From Lama guanicoe (lineage: Eukaryota), in assembly GCA_013239625.1 (NCBI GenBank), contig MU054323.1:9951186-10015185 (forward strand): a DNA stretch of 64,000 nt, in the 5' to 3' direction. How positions within the stretch are numbered: position 1 is the stretch's first letter; every line of letters begins with the position of its first letter. Shown piece by piece: positions 39,536 to 53,015 of the stretch. The position numbers and the translations under genes were made by a program. Under the pieces are notes generated by a model. It saw nothing but the letters and a program-made list of their open reading frames with translations. It made no database searches and had not been told where the DNA came from.

Positions 39536-41821
39536 GTGAGTAACGTTGATAGTTCTGGGGTAATGTGGTTACTGTTTGGAAATGCATTAGTTCAACAAAT
39601 CAAGGCTGTATTCTTGATAGAAGTGAAGTTTGATATTGGACACAGTGGAGAATGTAGACACCAGTAAGGTTATAGACTGTTCTCAAGGAACTTTTAATTA
39701 AGTTGGGTGTGGAAGATTTTAATACATAAAAGTTAAATAATGGTACAAAAGTGAAATATCTGCACAAGAGATTCCATAAAGTAGCATGTAATTACTGGTC
39801 AGATGAGTAGGGTAGCGTTGGAAAGACCTGGTAGAAGAGAAGATTTCACTTGGGTTTTCTAGGAGAGGTAAGATGTGGATAGAAGAGGGTGGGAGAATCC
39901 TTTTGAGGGTAGGGAAGGAAAGGTGGGGTGGGGATGTGGTAGGCGCAGGGGTTAGGAGAAAGGAAAGTGAAAGGTTTACTTGCAACTGAGTAGAGTGATT
40001 TAGAGGAGGGCCATCCTAGGGCATAATGTCTATTAGAGGATGTGAGCCGAGGAGTCTGGCCTTAAGTGTCGTAGATAAAAATTTCAGACAGCTCTGCTAG
40101 TTCAAGCACCTAATCCTGTAATTGGCTGTAATAGATTTTTAGTAAATGTGGACTGTTGAATGTAGTTGAAGTTAGTACGTAGATGTGGACCCTAAGGAGG
40201 GTGATGATGCCCATGGTCTTAAAGCTAGTAAGTGACAGGGAGTCCTCATCCTGCTGTCTCGAATTCTGGTACTTTATTTTCCTGCTATACTAAAACTACT
40301 GTTTTGGAGTTTTGGATTCTACTTGATAAGCAGGAGACACTGAAGATCAGAATAATGCTCTGGGAAGAAAATCTGGCACTGTAGAATATGTGGGAAGGAG
40401 CTCCTTCAAAGGCAGAAAAGCCAGATCCCAGGTGGTGGTTGGAATAGTCTGGGTGTAGGACGGTAAGAGTGGGAAGGAAGAAAGGAATAAATACCAACCA
40501 AGAAGAACCTTGGGTAGGATAGAAGATAGGTGGTATTGAGTGCAGAAAGGATTTAAATAAAATGTAACTAGTTTTCAATTTTCTGAACTTATTAGGTGAC
40601 TAGTGGTGCAGTTAATAGAAATTTGGAAGAGAGAAGTGGTTTTGGAGTTTTTAAGCAAATTGAATTTGACGTAGCATGTGAAAGGCAAGACCTGGCAGGT
40701 GGGATGGTGATAGAGGCTTAGAATTTAAAGGAGGGCTTGGGGCTGAAGGTGCAGAGAGTAGTCGTCTGCCTAGAGGTTCAGTAAGTGCACTCCATTTACC
40801 TGTGGCAGTAGTTTCCACACTGGTGACTAAAGAGACACCTGTGGAGATTCTCATCCACCAGGCTGGGGTCGGGGTCCCTGAAACAGAGCTTTTAAATGCT
40901 GTCTGGACAAGAGTTCACCAACTCAGGGACTAGTAATGTTCAAGGCACTGTTCGGCATGTTATACACAGTATTTGTAACACTGGGGTAGTCTCCATCCCT
41001 GTTTTATAGTTAAGAAATAGGTTGAATCAGAGCCTGAGCTCTTATTCCAGACTTTTCTCCTGCAGTATTGTGTTTCCAGTTTCATTCTTGGCATTCCTAT
41101 GCTATTGTTCATTGATTTTGTTTTCCGTTTTAGGTACTGTCTGTTGATTTCCTACTATAGAAGATGAGGATTTAGCTCTTAGCCTCTCCCTTTTTCCATT
41201 CCCATTTTCCCAATATTGTAGCACACTTCTGATTAAGCAGTATTCATTGTTCACATTATGACTACTACTTAAATATTGTCACAGCTGAGACTTGGACTGC
41301 ACTGTTTATATTATCTTTTTGGCACAAAATTTTGCTTTTCTTGGGGTTTATAACTGCTTTATTGTTCATTTGCTTAGTTTTGTGTATACTTGTAAGTTCA
41401 GTCTCATTCCTGCAGTAGTGTAAATCTGTTATTTCAGACACACAAATTAATCAAGTATATTAATCTTCGGAACTTTCTCTTCAGTTTCATTTTTCTTGGA
41501 GGACCTCTCTGCCTTCTTCCAGTGATTATCCTGGGATTTCTTTTCATCATTATTTTGAAAATTCTCTCGTCAGATGGAGCCTCAATTTCCTGGATCTCAC
41601 TTTTGTCTTTGGTTTATTACCTCTTTTTTGTGACCCATACAAATTGGTAGCTTCTTGAAAAAGGGTCGATGGTAAATTTACAGAGATTTGCTTATCTACT
41701 AGCGTCTTTACCCTCACAGTTGATTGATAACTTGAGGATACACACTTTGGGGTTGGAAATAATTTTCCCCCAGGATTTGAAGCATTGGTACATTGGGTTC
41801 TTTTTTAGCTTTCATTGTTAA

Positions 41822-41941
41822 TTTTTGGTGGGGGGGTAATTAGGTTTACTAATTTATTTTTAGAGGAGGTACTGGGGATTGAACCCAGGACCCTGTATAT
41901 ACTAAGCATGCACTCTACCACCTGAGCTGTACCCTCCCCCC
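41822..41941 (-). mobile_element. tRNA-derived SINE (Vic-1-like), inserted into old L1-like sequence
   Basis: ggtaattaggttt...gaggtactggggattgaacccagg...ctgagctgtaccctccccc; flanking near-direct repeat tca(t/c)tgttaatt. Confidence 0.8.
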
Positions 41942-43544
41942 TCACTGTTAATTATTTTTATATTCTAAAATATCCTGTGCTTTTTATCTTTAGTCAATGA
42001 ATTACATTGGCACTTGAGGGACCACTTAGTCTGGAAATTCATGTTCTTCTTGTACTGTGTATTTTATAATTTCATCCCCTCTGTTTTCTTTGATCTTTCT
42101 CTAGTGCTGTATATTATTTAGGTGGTGCATCTTCTGGACTAATTCTTTAATGTTTCGTACTTTATTCTCATTTTCCCTTTTGTTGTTTTCTTCTGTACTT
42201 GAGAAGCAATTTCGTCTTCTAAATCTTGTATTGAATTTTTAAGGTTCTCTAACCATATTTTTGACTTATGGAAGCTATTTTTTGTTTGAATTTTTGTTGC
42301 ATCATGTTTCTTTCGTGCATGTCATATTTTCTAACTCTGAAAATACAATAGGATTTGAAGTTTTTTACTTTGCAGCATCTCCCTCTTGAGGGTATGTTTT
42401 AATTTTTGTTTGATTTTGGTCTCTTTCACATTAAAGGCATTCTTTAAATGACTGGAGATCCTCAGCTGCCTGATGTTTTTTGAAAATGAAACTTTAAAGA
42501 GCTGTGTGGGTGTGGTGCTCAATTGCTGGGCTTCATTGGTAGAGTGATTGGGAGGCCTTCAGTGTTACTATGTGTATGTAGGTCATCCCCCTGAAACCAG
42601 TCACATTTCCCAACGAGGAATTTTTTGATTAGTGCTCTTCAAGCTTTAATGTGCACATATGTTACTTGTGTTTACAGATCTGATTTAGTAAGTCTAGGAT
42701 GAGACTTGGAAATTCTAACAAGTTCCCAGGTGATGTTGATAGAGGAAGAGTACACATTAGTAAGCCCTTAATGGGGAGTGGGTAGGGGTCCTGGTGGTGG
42801 TAGTTCTATGCTACTCAGTGTTGAGTTGGGAAGTAGATTCAGGAAGCTTGTTAGGATGGTGGTATCTTTTTTTTTTCTTTTCTCTTTTAAGTGTATCTAT
42901 TCAGTGACTAGATGTTGCCTAAGGAATATAGGTGAGTGTTGAAGCTGTGGGAATTGAGAAATTTTCAAGAGTGTTAGGAACCAATGAAGGTAAAGGAAAA
43001 GTTCTCTTACATTATTGCTGCATTTCCTTGACTACTGGTGAAGTTAGGTGTTTTTGTGTTTATTGACAGTTTGTATTTGTTCTGTGAATTGCATGTTTAT
43101 ATTCTTTGTCTTTTTATTTTGAATTTTTTAAAACTTGAGTTATTGAATATAAGGAGCTGTTAATGTAGTCTGAATATTCTTTGCCTGTATATTTTTGATA
43201 TTTTTCTCCTAACCTTTTGCTTTTAATTTTATGACTTATTTTGTGGTACAGAAGTTTTATTTATTTAAATTTGATTTTTTTGTTTGTTTGTTTGTGATTC
43301 CTTATTTGTAATTGCTTTGGAAGGTCTTTCCTAACCCCAGGATTATAAAAACATTTTCATACGTATTTATTTTTAATCAGTTAGTTTTGGTTTAATTTAT
43401 TAAGCTTTGTATGTAGTATAAGATAGGAATCTAGTTTTGTTTTTCCAAATGAGTAATTTGACATATTCCAATGTGACTGGCAGAGCAGTTTGTTTTCTTC
43501 TACTTTAGAATTAACCTCTTTTGGTAAGAAGATTGTTACTGTTT

Positions 43545-43663
43545 TGTGTTTGTTTGTTTGCTTGCTTGTTTGCTTAAATTTTTTTTAATGGAGGTACTGG
43601 AGATTGAACCCAGGACCTTGTGCTGCTAAGCATGTGCTTTACCACGGAGCTGTACCCTCCCCC
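43545..43663 (-). mobile_element. tRNA-derived SINE (Vic-1-like)
   Basis: aatggaggtactggagattgaacccaggaccttgtgc...gagctgtaccctccccc, preceded by a T-rich tail. Confidence 0.8.
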
Positions 43664-44054
43664 TACTAGTGTTATTTCTTGATTTTATAAGTGAATAGCC
43701 AAGCTCCTTGTTACTTATGAAAGCATTAATATATGCAACAATCTGCAAAGACTCTTGTTGCTAATTTATTTGTGGCATTAGAAGGGGATCATTTATACCT
43801 GTTTATTTTACCCTATCAGATGAGGGCATATCTCTTTGGATTTAGGGTAGAATTAATCTTTTTGTACTGTAGATTGAGAGATGATTTGTGTTGCTAAGTA
43901 AATTAAATTCTCAACCTTCCAGAGAATGCAGGAACCAAGGAGGGGAGAGGATGGGCTTGCAGAGATCCAGCCAGCATGGTAGTTTTTTGGGCATTAACAA
44001 AATCCCCCTCATGGATCACAGAGTACACAACTGCCCATTTTACATTCTTACAAG

Positions 44055-44148
44055 TTTTTTTTTTTTTTTAACTTTAACAATGGAGTACTGGGGATTGAAC
44101 CTAGTACTGGGAATGCTAAGCATGCACTCAACCACTGAGCTATCCCCT
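44055..44148 (-). mobile_element. tRNA-derived SINE (Vic-1-like, diverged)
   Basis: Poly-T, then gtactgggattgaacctag...gctaagcatgcactcaaccactgagctatcccct. Confidence 0.75.
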
Positions 44149-44181
44149 CTACACACACTACACACACACACACACTCTATA

Positions 44182-44217
<36 letters not shown>

Positions 44218-44244
44218 TTACTCACTCACTCACTCACTCACTCA
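44149..44244. repeat. Compound microsatellite (CA)n/(CT)n/(CTCA)n
   Basis: Directly visible, adjacent to the SINE head. Confidence 0.9.
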
Positions 44245-44479
44245 TAACTCTTAATCACTCATTTCCTGGTACCTCTTGAGAATCTCTGTCATGTAGGGAT
44301 GCATTATCTTGATGGTATGTCCAAAGTTGGTTGCCTGACACAACATTTTAGGGAGTGCAGTTTTGCATAGAACCTTGGGTGATATTTTTAATGCCTAATT
44401 TGCTTTTTGTTATTTTTTTGCTCTAGGTAAACTTTTGTCCCCATTTATTGAGATGTTTTTGTTTCTCTTAACAATATAG

Positions 44480-44600
44480 CAAATGGAAAGGAGATAATAG
44501 CAGTGTCAGTTCCCTGTGTATCAGCCCAGATGGAAAGATGTTGCTTTCAGCTGGCCGAACAATCAAACTATGGGTTTTGGAGACCAAAGAAGTCTACAGG
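44480..44600 (+). CDS. WDR43: WDR43 exon 4
   Basis: 121 nt; tag|(C)[40 protein letters not shown]|gtgagt. Confidence 0.95.
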
Positions 44601-44961
44601 GTGAGTAAATCAAATTAGTTGTAAGCATAGCAGTCTTCTAGGTAAGTATGGAGAAAGGCAGAAGTCTAAGTGATAGAATGTTGTTTTAAGAATACAGATT
44701 TTTTATTTTTAAGCATATGAAATGGTAGAATTAATAGATAAAAGGTAGCCTCCAGATCTGTTAAATGTTAGACCATGTCCATTTCACATGCATTGGAAAA
44801 ATGAACATGAATGGAATTTGAATTAAAAATCTTTTACTGTATTCAATAATTATAGTAATTTTTGACTTCTAGCTTGCTTCCGGCATTTGGTACACTTGTA
44901 GTATTTAACTGTTGAGATTGAGTGTTACATTTTGAGTGTACTCAAGGATTACTGAACTTTA

Positions 44962-45048
44962 GGTGCTGTGATGACACCTTAAAATTGTGGTTTCTACTCA
45001 CTGAGAGTAACATGAGGACCTGCTATTCCTTGGCTGTGTCTGAGCACC
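44962..45048 (+). ncRNA. SNORD92: Box C/D snoRNA SNORD92 (HBII-316)
   Basis: Terminal stem GGTGCT/AGCACC; C box GTGATGA at 44968-44974; D' CTGA at 45001-45004; C'-like ATGAGGA; guide CCTTGGCTGTG; D box CTGA at 45040-45043. The guide is complementary to 28S CACAGCCAAGG. WDR43 is the known host gene. Confidence 0.92.
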
Positions 45049-45311
45049 CAAGCACCCTTTTAGAAATGGATAAAATGAAGTGAATCTTTAATGCAAAAAA
45101 GGATAAAGTAAAGATTGTGGAGTAGGTCATGGGAATTAGAAGGGAAATCTTTAATGTTCAGTTTTTTCAGATGGAGTTTTTTTTAACTGAGGAATGCAGC
45201 ACAAATAACCTTAGTCTGGAGCTCTGATTTCAGATATGTGTCATATATATAGTTACAAGTTGTTACCACTTTATATCCATCCTCTCCTAAATGAGATATA
45301 ACTTTCTCTAG

Positions 45312-45451
45312 CACTTCACGGGACATGCGACGCCAGTTTCATCACTTACGTTCACTACTATCCGACCTCCTAATGAGAGCCAACCCTTTGATGGAATTAC
45401 AGGTCTTTATTTCTTATCTGGAGCAGTACATGACCGGTTACTTAATGTCTG
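45312..45451 (+). CDS. WDR43: WDR43 exon 5
   Basis: 140 nt; tag|[46 protein letters not shown](W)|gtatgt. Confidence 0.95.
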
Positions 45452-47109
45452 GTATGTAGTCTTGAATTTGGGAGGTAACATTGCTTTAAAAGATTCTGTC
45501 ACAGCTTATATGGTTAATATAAATTATGGGTATGAAACTTGCTTTATTGTGTTTAATATTAGATTTACATTGACTTGTAATGAAGAATTGACCCTGCCTG
45601 AAAACCAGATTTTTATGAGAAAAATTTAAGAGCATTACATAATAGAACTTCCTCCATGCTTATTTAGAAGTACAGTGGGCTGAATATTTTTGTGACTGGG
45701 CAATTAAAAAATAACCTTTTAAAGAAAAATTTTAGGAAAATCTCTGATTTTGTTGAAAGAAAGGACTACTGGGTTAGTGTAGTAATGTCTACTGATGGAT
45801 GATTTACTGAGGACATTAAATTCCTAGACTGTCTGAGAATCCCAGTAACCTTTTTTTGCAGTAGTTGCTATCACTAATTCCCTTTGAAGCTACTTTTAAA
45901 AGTAAAAATTAATTTGGTATTAAACAGCCATCAAAATTTTTTTTTAATTTAAGAAATACAAGAAATTTCTCTGATTTTATAACATCATCTGATGGTGAAG
46001 TTATCTTTTTTACTTGCCATTCATGAACAGAATAAGTAGAGGTTTAAAAAATAGAAGTAGTTTCTCATCTTAGTAATCAATTAGTTGAGCATGCTTTTGA
46101 CCATGTAAAGTTTCTATAAATTTATGCCATATAATACTCAGAACTGGGACTCATCAAATACGTATTTCTTAAAGTAGTTGTGTGGGGAAAGGTTCATGAG
46201 GACCTCTGTTCACCTCTGAACATCAACTTGCTTCCTAATTATGTCTGTCTTTAATTGTATTGCTTTTCTCATCTGTGTCTAATTTTTGAGGCACGCCTGT
46301 TGGGATAATTTCTTTTAGTTCTAGAGGTTTTATCATTTACAGAAGAAATTACTAATGCCAGAAAAATTAAAATCTGCCACCAGAATCTCTTGACATTGCT
46401 AGGATTTTTGAATCTTAAATGCCTCACCTCTTTGGCTTCTGAGACTAGGGCTTTCCAAGTAAAAAATATCTTATGTAACAGAAAAGTTGATTTCTATTGT
46501 CTTAAGGTCCTGAAAATATGTGTTTTCCTGGAGCTTCCTGGTAACAGAGGAGTAAACTATAAAAACAAACAAGTTAAAAATGCATATTGAAAGGCTGCCC
46601 CAAAAGGCCATTCTTGAAAACTTTGGGTTTTGGTGGGTAGAGCAAGCCCAAGTTTCCTTGGTAATTATTTTTGAAAGACATTTCTGAAAGAAGATAATTT
46701 TTGAAGGCTTCTTGCCACTGAATGAAGATTAAAATGAAAAAAAAAAAGAAACAACTTTTGTATTACTACAAGGAGGCAGTACTGTCTCCTATTGATGGGC
46801 TCAAATAGCATTTTCTACTGTATATGGTGGTCTGATAGTGGTGATTTTGAATATGTATGTAGTGTGAGTAACTTCATTTGAGAATGAATCTTGTTTTATT
46901 AAGAATTTATTGTGCGTGAATATTTAAAATTTATCAGACATCAAATCTTAATTTTCTTCTAGACACAAAAAACTGAAAGATTGTTTATTGATAAATACAT
47001 AAAATCTGACTAGTTGATTAAAAAGAAACTGATTTTGAATGATGTTTGTAAGTCACGCTTGTTACTCTGTTACTCGGTCTTTATTTTTTAAATTTGTGTC
47101 CAGATTTAT

Positions 47110-48800
47110 TGAGCTTTACTGAGGTATAATTGACATATAATAAACTGTACATATTTGAAGTATGTAATTTGATTGATAAGTTTTGACATATGTATACATA
47201 TGTGAAATTGTTACCACATCCAAGATACTGACCATGTGCATTGCTCGCAAATGTTTCCTCATACCCCTTTGTAATCCCCCTCCCTACTCCAGTCTACAGG
47301 CTTGTTGACATGTCTGGGACATTACAGATAACACTGTTATGGACATTTGTGTACAAGTCTGTACAGACTTATGATTCATTTCTCTTGGGTAAATTACTTA
47401 GGAGTATAATGGCTGGATCATATGGTAGGTGTATATTTAACTTTTTAAGAAACTGCAAAATGTTCTTCAGGTGGTTGTACTGTTTTATGTTTCCACCAGC
47501 TGTGTGTCAGAGTGCTAATTCCTTTACATCTTCACTAACACTTGATATGGTCTTTTAATTTTAGCCATTTTAATAAGTGTGTAATGGTATCTTAGTGTGG
47601 TTTTAATTTGAATTTTCCTAATGGCTGTTGATGTTAAGAGTCTTTTGTATACTTATTTGCTATCTGGATGTGCTTGACAAAGTGTTCAAATATTTTGGCC
47701 TGTTTTCTGCTGGGTTGTTTTCTTAGAGTTTTGAGAGTTCTGTGTATATTCTGAATATAAATTGATTATTAGGTAGATGCTTTGCAGATATTTTCTCCTA
47801 ATTTGTGGCTTGTCTTTTTGAAGAGAAATAATTTTTAATTTTGATGAAGTCCAGATTACGGAAGTCTTTGCTTCCAAGGTCACAGAATTTTTCTCCTGGA
47901 AGTTTCTTAGTTTTAGGTCTTAACATTTATTTGGTTCTGTAATCTATTTTGATTTTTTTTTTCAATATTTGTGTATATGGTACGAGGAATGTATTGAGGT
48001 TCGTGGTTTTGCATTTTGGATATCCAGTGGTCCCAGTACCATTTGTTGAAAAGAGGATCTCCAGTGAATTGGTTTTGCATGTATATACATCCAAGCAATT
48101 CTTTTTTTTTTCTTTCCATTTTTCAGTTTTACTAGGTAGAATTGTTACAGTTTGACTACACATATACAATGTATTGCATGTAAATACATATACACAATAT
48201 ACTGCACATATTTTTAAAATTTACGTATATGTACTGTTCATTGTTTCTAAGAATGTTTAGAGCTTTAGCTTTTTAAACTTACATAGTTATCAAAGGAATA
48301 AAGCCAACCACAAAATAAGAATTAATTCAAAAAGATACATACACCCTTCTATTAACAGCAACATTATTTTTAATTGCCAAGATATGGAAGCATCGTAAGT
48401 GCACATCAATAGATGAGTGGATAAAGAAGATGCAGCATATATATGTCATGGAATACAACTCACCCGTAAGAAAGAAGGATATTTTGCCATTTGCAGCCCT
48501 TCATTCACTTTTTTCCACTTCAAGACTCAGAATTTTATAACTGGCATTAATATTTCCATTGCATCAAAAAGAACAAAATACCTACACGTAAACTTAACCA
48601 AGGAGGTTACTTGTACTCTCAAAACTGTAAAACTTTGTTGAAGGAAATTGAAGATGATACAAAGAAATGGAAAGATAACCTTGTGCTCTTGGATTGGAAG
48701 AATCAACATTATTTAAATGGCTGTACTACCCAAAGCAACCTACAGATCCAATGCAACCTCTGTCTAAGTACTCACAACATTTTTCACAGAACTAGAACAA
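47110..48800. mobile_element. Mosaic of LINE-1 fragments (minus strand about 47110-48070; plus strand about 48320-48800)
   Basis: Antisense L1 3' end (tgaggtataattgacatataataaactgtaca...) and sense ORF2 text (KTLLKEIEDDTKKWK in ORF 48611..49024). Confidence 0.75.
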
Positions 48801-48809
48801 ACTTGTTAT

Positions 48810-49400
48810 TGGCTGTAGTCATATTGTGTGAGGGCCTCATGAGCTCTGATTCAGCAGCACTGAGCTATTTATTATTCCTTGGGGAAACACCAGGGGTTGG
48901 TTTTTGCAAGCCTCTCAAAAATGTTACATTTTTGTCATCTCATTCGTACATAACCTTGTTTTATGTGTGTTTCTGTTTAAAGATACCTTATTTTATTTGT
49001 ATACATACACACATATATAGCTGATTAGCTTAGATCAGAACAGAGTTTATTGAACTTGGATATCTTCTCTGTAAGGCATATCACAGCCTTTTCACTCTTA
49101 GGGACACTAGAGCATACTTGGGGGCCATTTTAAACAGTGAAATCGCCAATTGCTTTTCTAAAAGTAGAAAAGCAAAAAAATGTGATACTAAATAGACAGT
49201 GAAAAGTGCTTAAAATAAAAACTGAAATAAGAAGGCAGAGCATAGCCTTGCCTAATAACCTCATGAGTGTTGGGCAGCTCATACTCTTTGCTCCTCTGTG
49301 TATGCCCGTTAAAGGTCATGAATCACCACAAGTATTGATTTCGGGGTTTACAAAAAAACTTTAGCAAATAATTCTCTAATAAGGAATCAACGAATAATCA
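48810..49400. mobile_element. TcMar-Tigger DNA transposon relic (MER6-like)
   Basis: cataaccttgttttatgtgtgtttctgtttaaagatacctta; ttgggggccattttaaacagtgaaatc; aagtattgatttcgggg. These resemble the MER6A consensus as I recall it. Confidence 0.6.
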
Positions 49401-49925
49401 TTTGTTGGGATCATTTATCTGTCTGTCTATACTTATCTGTTTCTGGACTCTATTTCTCAATATTGCTATGATGTTAATTCTCCTCAAATTAATCTATAGA
49501 TTCAGTGCGAACCCAGTGAAAATCTCAGCAATCTGATTTTACAATTTCACATGGAAATGCAAAGCACATAGAATAGCCAAAACAACTTTGAAAAAGAAGG
49601 GAAAGTTGAAAGACTCACCTGGAGACTTGCAAAACTAGTGATCAAGACAGTGTGGCATTTCCATCAAGATAGCCAGATAGATTAATGGGAAAGGATGTTG
49701 CTCATTGTTTAAATCTGCCCCAAATGCATGAATGCTCTCTCACCATGCAACCATGTTACATGGTTAGTGACACAAATGCTTCCCTTATTTTGATTTTTAG
49801 TCACCTTATTTAGCTTTCAAAAGATGAAAAAGCTATAAGAGAACCTATTGCTGTGACTCCTTTTTGGTGTCTCTCCCACCCCCTTTTTAATATCTTAATA
49901 TCTAATCATTGATTTTGTTATCTAG

Positions 49926-50028
49926 GCAGGTCCGGTCAGAAAACAAAGAAAAGAACGCAGTGATGTCTTTTACAGTGACAGATGAACCTATTTATATTGA
50001 CTTGACTTTGTCAGAAAACAAAGAAGAG
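49926..50028 (+). CDS. WDR43: WDR43 exon 6
   Basis: 103 nt; tag|(W)[34 protein letters not shown]|gtaagt. Confidence 0.95.
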
Positions 50029-50562
50029 GTAAGTGGCTTGATTTTTTTTTTTTTTGAGAATTTGTTTTTGGACTTCACAAATACTGTTTTATCAGGGTTT
50101 TAATGATTTGATGATTCACGGGAGAGAGAGAGAAAACAAAATATTACAAAAAGTCTTAGCTTATTCAGACTAACCATGAGAGACTGGTGCATGCTTATGA
50201 GGGGAGGGGACAGTGCTCAGTGGCATTTCCAGCAACCCTGACGGCTCTGACGGTCAGGGCCCCCCTGTCCTTGTCATCTGCCAGTGCGCTCGGTAGTGAC
50301 TTTGCTTCTCTGACTTCCAGGCTGCATTCTTGACTGTGCTGTCGTCTTGGCCTAACTTTTGTTTATAAACTTGACAACAATAGCTTGAATTGTTATTTTG
50401 ATAGCTGTGATTATTTTTAAATTCAAGAGTTACACATCCTTGCCGTTTTAATTTTTCTCTTGTTATCTAAAGGGTAGGTAGGGGAGTTGAATTTTCATAA
50501 GTAATTATTAGAGTAGACTGAAGTATATTACCCATTAGAATAATGTTACATTTTCCTTTTAG

Positions 50563-50627
50563 CCTGTCAAATTAGCTGTTGTTTGCAGAGATGGTCAAGT
50601 TCATCTTTTTGAACATGTATTAAATGG
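50563..50627 (+). CDS. WDR43: WDR43 exon 7
   Basis: 65 nt; tttag|PVKLAVVCRDGQVHLFEHVLN(G)|gtaagt. Confidence 0.93.
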
Positions 50628-51069
50628 GTAAGTAAGAAGTTTCTCAATTCAGAGATTTATTTTCCTTCCCTGACTTATTACTTCTTTATACTCCCACCTC
50701 AATATTCTTTGCTTTATGTTACTTTTCAGTTAGATTGTTCTGAAAGCCTTCTTAATTCTTTATTCATGACTATGTATATTCCCAGTGAGAACTCGGGTTT
50801 TTGGAGTCATGGATCATTTCTTCATATTTATGGTTAGGAGAGTGGCTTTTTATGATGCATGCTTAGTAACATTTGGTAGTTCTAACATAAATTTTAACAG
50901 AATTTGGTTCAGTAGGGAAGCTTTGCTTGTGAACTCTGGTGAAACCTTGACTTCTAACTTTGACAGTGCTTTCCCTTGTGGGACATTTGTGGATCAGTGA
51001 AGTGTGGCACTGTTGGTGTTTTGATGGACAGAGGGGTATGTTGTTGATGCAACGTGTAATAGTGATAGA

Positions 51070-51185
51070 CCAGGGATCTGCAGATTATGGCCTGCAGGCC
51101 AAATCCAATAGAGATCATAGATGGCCTCTAAAAAATGAAAATATTACCATCTGGCCCTTTCCATAAAGTTTGCCAATTCTTGCCA
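51070..51185. mobile_element. hAT-Charlie MITE (MER58A-like, internally deleted)
   Basis: ccagggatctgcagattatggcctgcaggccaaatcc ... atctggccctttccataaagtttgccaattcttg. Confidence 0.55.
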
Positions 51186-52666
51186 TATGTTATAAACAGT
51201 CTGAAACTTAGTCATGTACATGATTATGTTAAACTTTAAAACTATCAAACTTTTTATTGTCATTTGGTACCCTTCCTTTTACAATTTTATTATAGAAATT
51301 TATTTAAATATAAACTACTTATGAAAGCAGTATACACTTATTTTAAAACATTCAGAATGCCTAGATAATTGATTATAAAACCCAAATCTCCCTCCATTGA
51401 GTTCCACTCCCTAGAGGTAACTGTTAACATTTTGGTATGTAGCACTCAAGACATTTATTTACATAGTCATATGTGTACATGGAATGTATAATTAAGGGCT
51501 GGGAAGTCATAAGCCATGGTGAAGACTTGGGCATTTCTCCTTGGGTAATAGTAAGCTGATGAAGGATTTTAAACTGAGGATTGATGGGGTTTGACCGAGG
51601 TTTTAAGACATTATATTCTAAGTCATTCTGTCTGATGTGAAGAGAATAGACTGTAGAAGGGTAAAGACCAAAGCAGAGGCCAGAAATCCTGGATAGAGAT
51701 GGTTGTGGCGTCAGGAAACTAGGAGTGAGCTGGAAAGATAGTGGGGTGCTTACAGTAGGGTTTATGGAGGGTGTGTACTTACTGGTGATAAGATGTCCAT
51801 GGTGTGAGGAGTGTGGCGGAGATACAGTGAAGGACAAGGTTGTTGGAGGTACAAGATTAAGGAACTGAGAGGACAGGCTGTCAGAAGGATCATCAGCCAG
51901 CATGTGTGCTGGATATGCAAGTCACTAGGAAAGGAATTCCTCAGCAGAAGTGTTGGACAGAATGACAGTGAGCCTCTAACATCTTTAAGAAATGTGAGGA
52001 AGTGACCCAGAGGTCTTTGAATGATGACAGGAGGGGAACATAGCTGGTATCTGGGGACAACAATTCCAAAGATTTTAGAGATGGTGGAGGGAGAGTCTGC
52101 TTGTCTTGAAGTGTCAGTGAAGAGCAAGGAGAGCACTTAAATCATGTCCAGGGGCCCTGACACTGAGGGTGTCAGGAGAGCTACCGAGATGAGCAACCTG
52201 GAGCAAGGAGGTGGGGAGAGCCCTAAGAGAGGAAGCTGAGAGTTTTATTTTGTCTATATTCTGCTGATAGTGTTGCTCCTGGAACTGTTGCAGAGGTCAT
52301 GGGGAGGCTTTGGGGGTTGGAAGCCATCAGAGGTGGGGCTGATGAGAGCAGGGCATGGACAGCCATTTGGGGCTGAAGCTCCAGGTGGTGAGAGAGCACT
52401 TGGGAGCTTGGGGCCTCTTGTGGGGGTTGACAAAGTGGGATAGAAGGGCGATGGGCCTCAAGGCAGCTTTTAGTGGTGAGGTCTTGAGATTGGCAAGGTG
52501 AGGGTAGATGAAGTTTTGACAGGGATCTAGTGCTCTGGGGACCCTGGTCACTCTTGGTGGTGTGGAGGCCAGAGGAAGGTCACACTTCATGACTTGGTGC
52601 CAGGTTCAGAGAATTAGTATGAAATGTTATTTCACATTTTCTAATCTAATTTTTTTCCTTTTCTAG

Positions 52667-52838
52667 ATACTGTAAAAAGCCTTTGACTTCAAACTGCACA
52701 ATTCAGATAGCAACACCAGGGAAAGGCAAGAAGTCAACACCAAAACCCATCCCTGTTCTAGCAGCTGGGTTTTGCTCAGACAAAATGTCACTGTTGCTTG
52801 TGTATGGCAGTTGGTTTCAGCCCACCATTGAGCGAGTG
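52667..52838 (+). CDS. WDR43: WDR43 exon 8
   Basis: 172 nt; ctag|(G)[57 protein letters not shown]|gtacgt. Confidence 0.95.
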
Positions 52839-53015
52839 GTACGTAGATGCTACTCTGGAGTAAAGCAGTACAGCATCAACATGTCTCTGAAAGAAAATGA
52901 TTTTAAAATGACATTGATCTGCTTATTGGAATACGTAAAAAGATATCATGTATTTCCCCCTAACTGAAGAACCTTTCATTGGGTGGTTTGTTTTAACTAG
53001 TGAGAACTCTGTGTA

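Noticed and set aside
48611..49024. 137-aa ORF with L1 ORF2 similarity
   Set aside because: Frameshifted L1 fragment running into a DNA-transposon relic; not an intact retroelement gene.
51424..52590. Minus-strand ORFs of 159, 124 and 87 aa
   Set aside because: Ser/Pro/Leu-rich translations of a decayed L2-like tract, with no splice-consistent gene structure.
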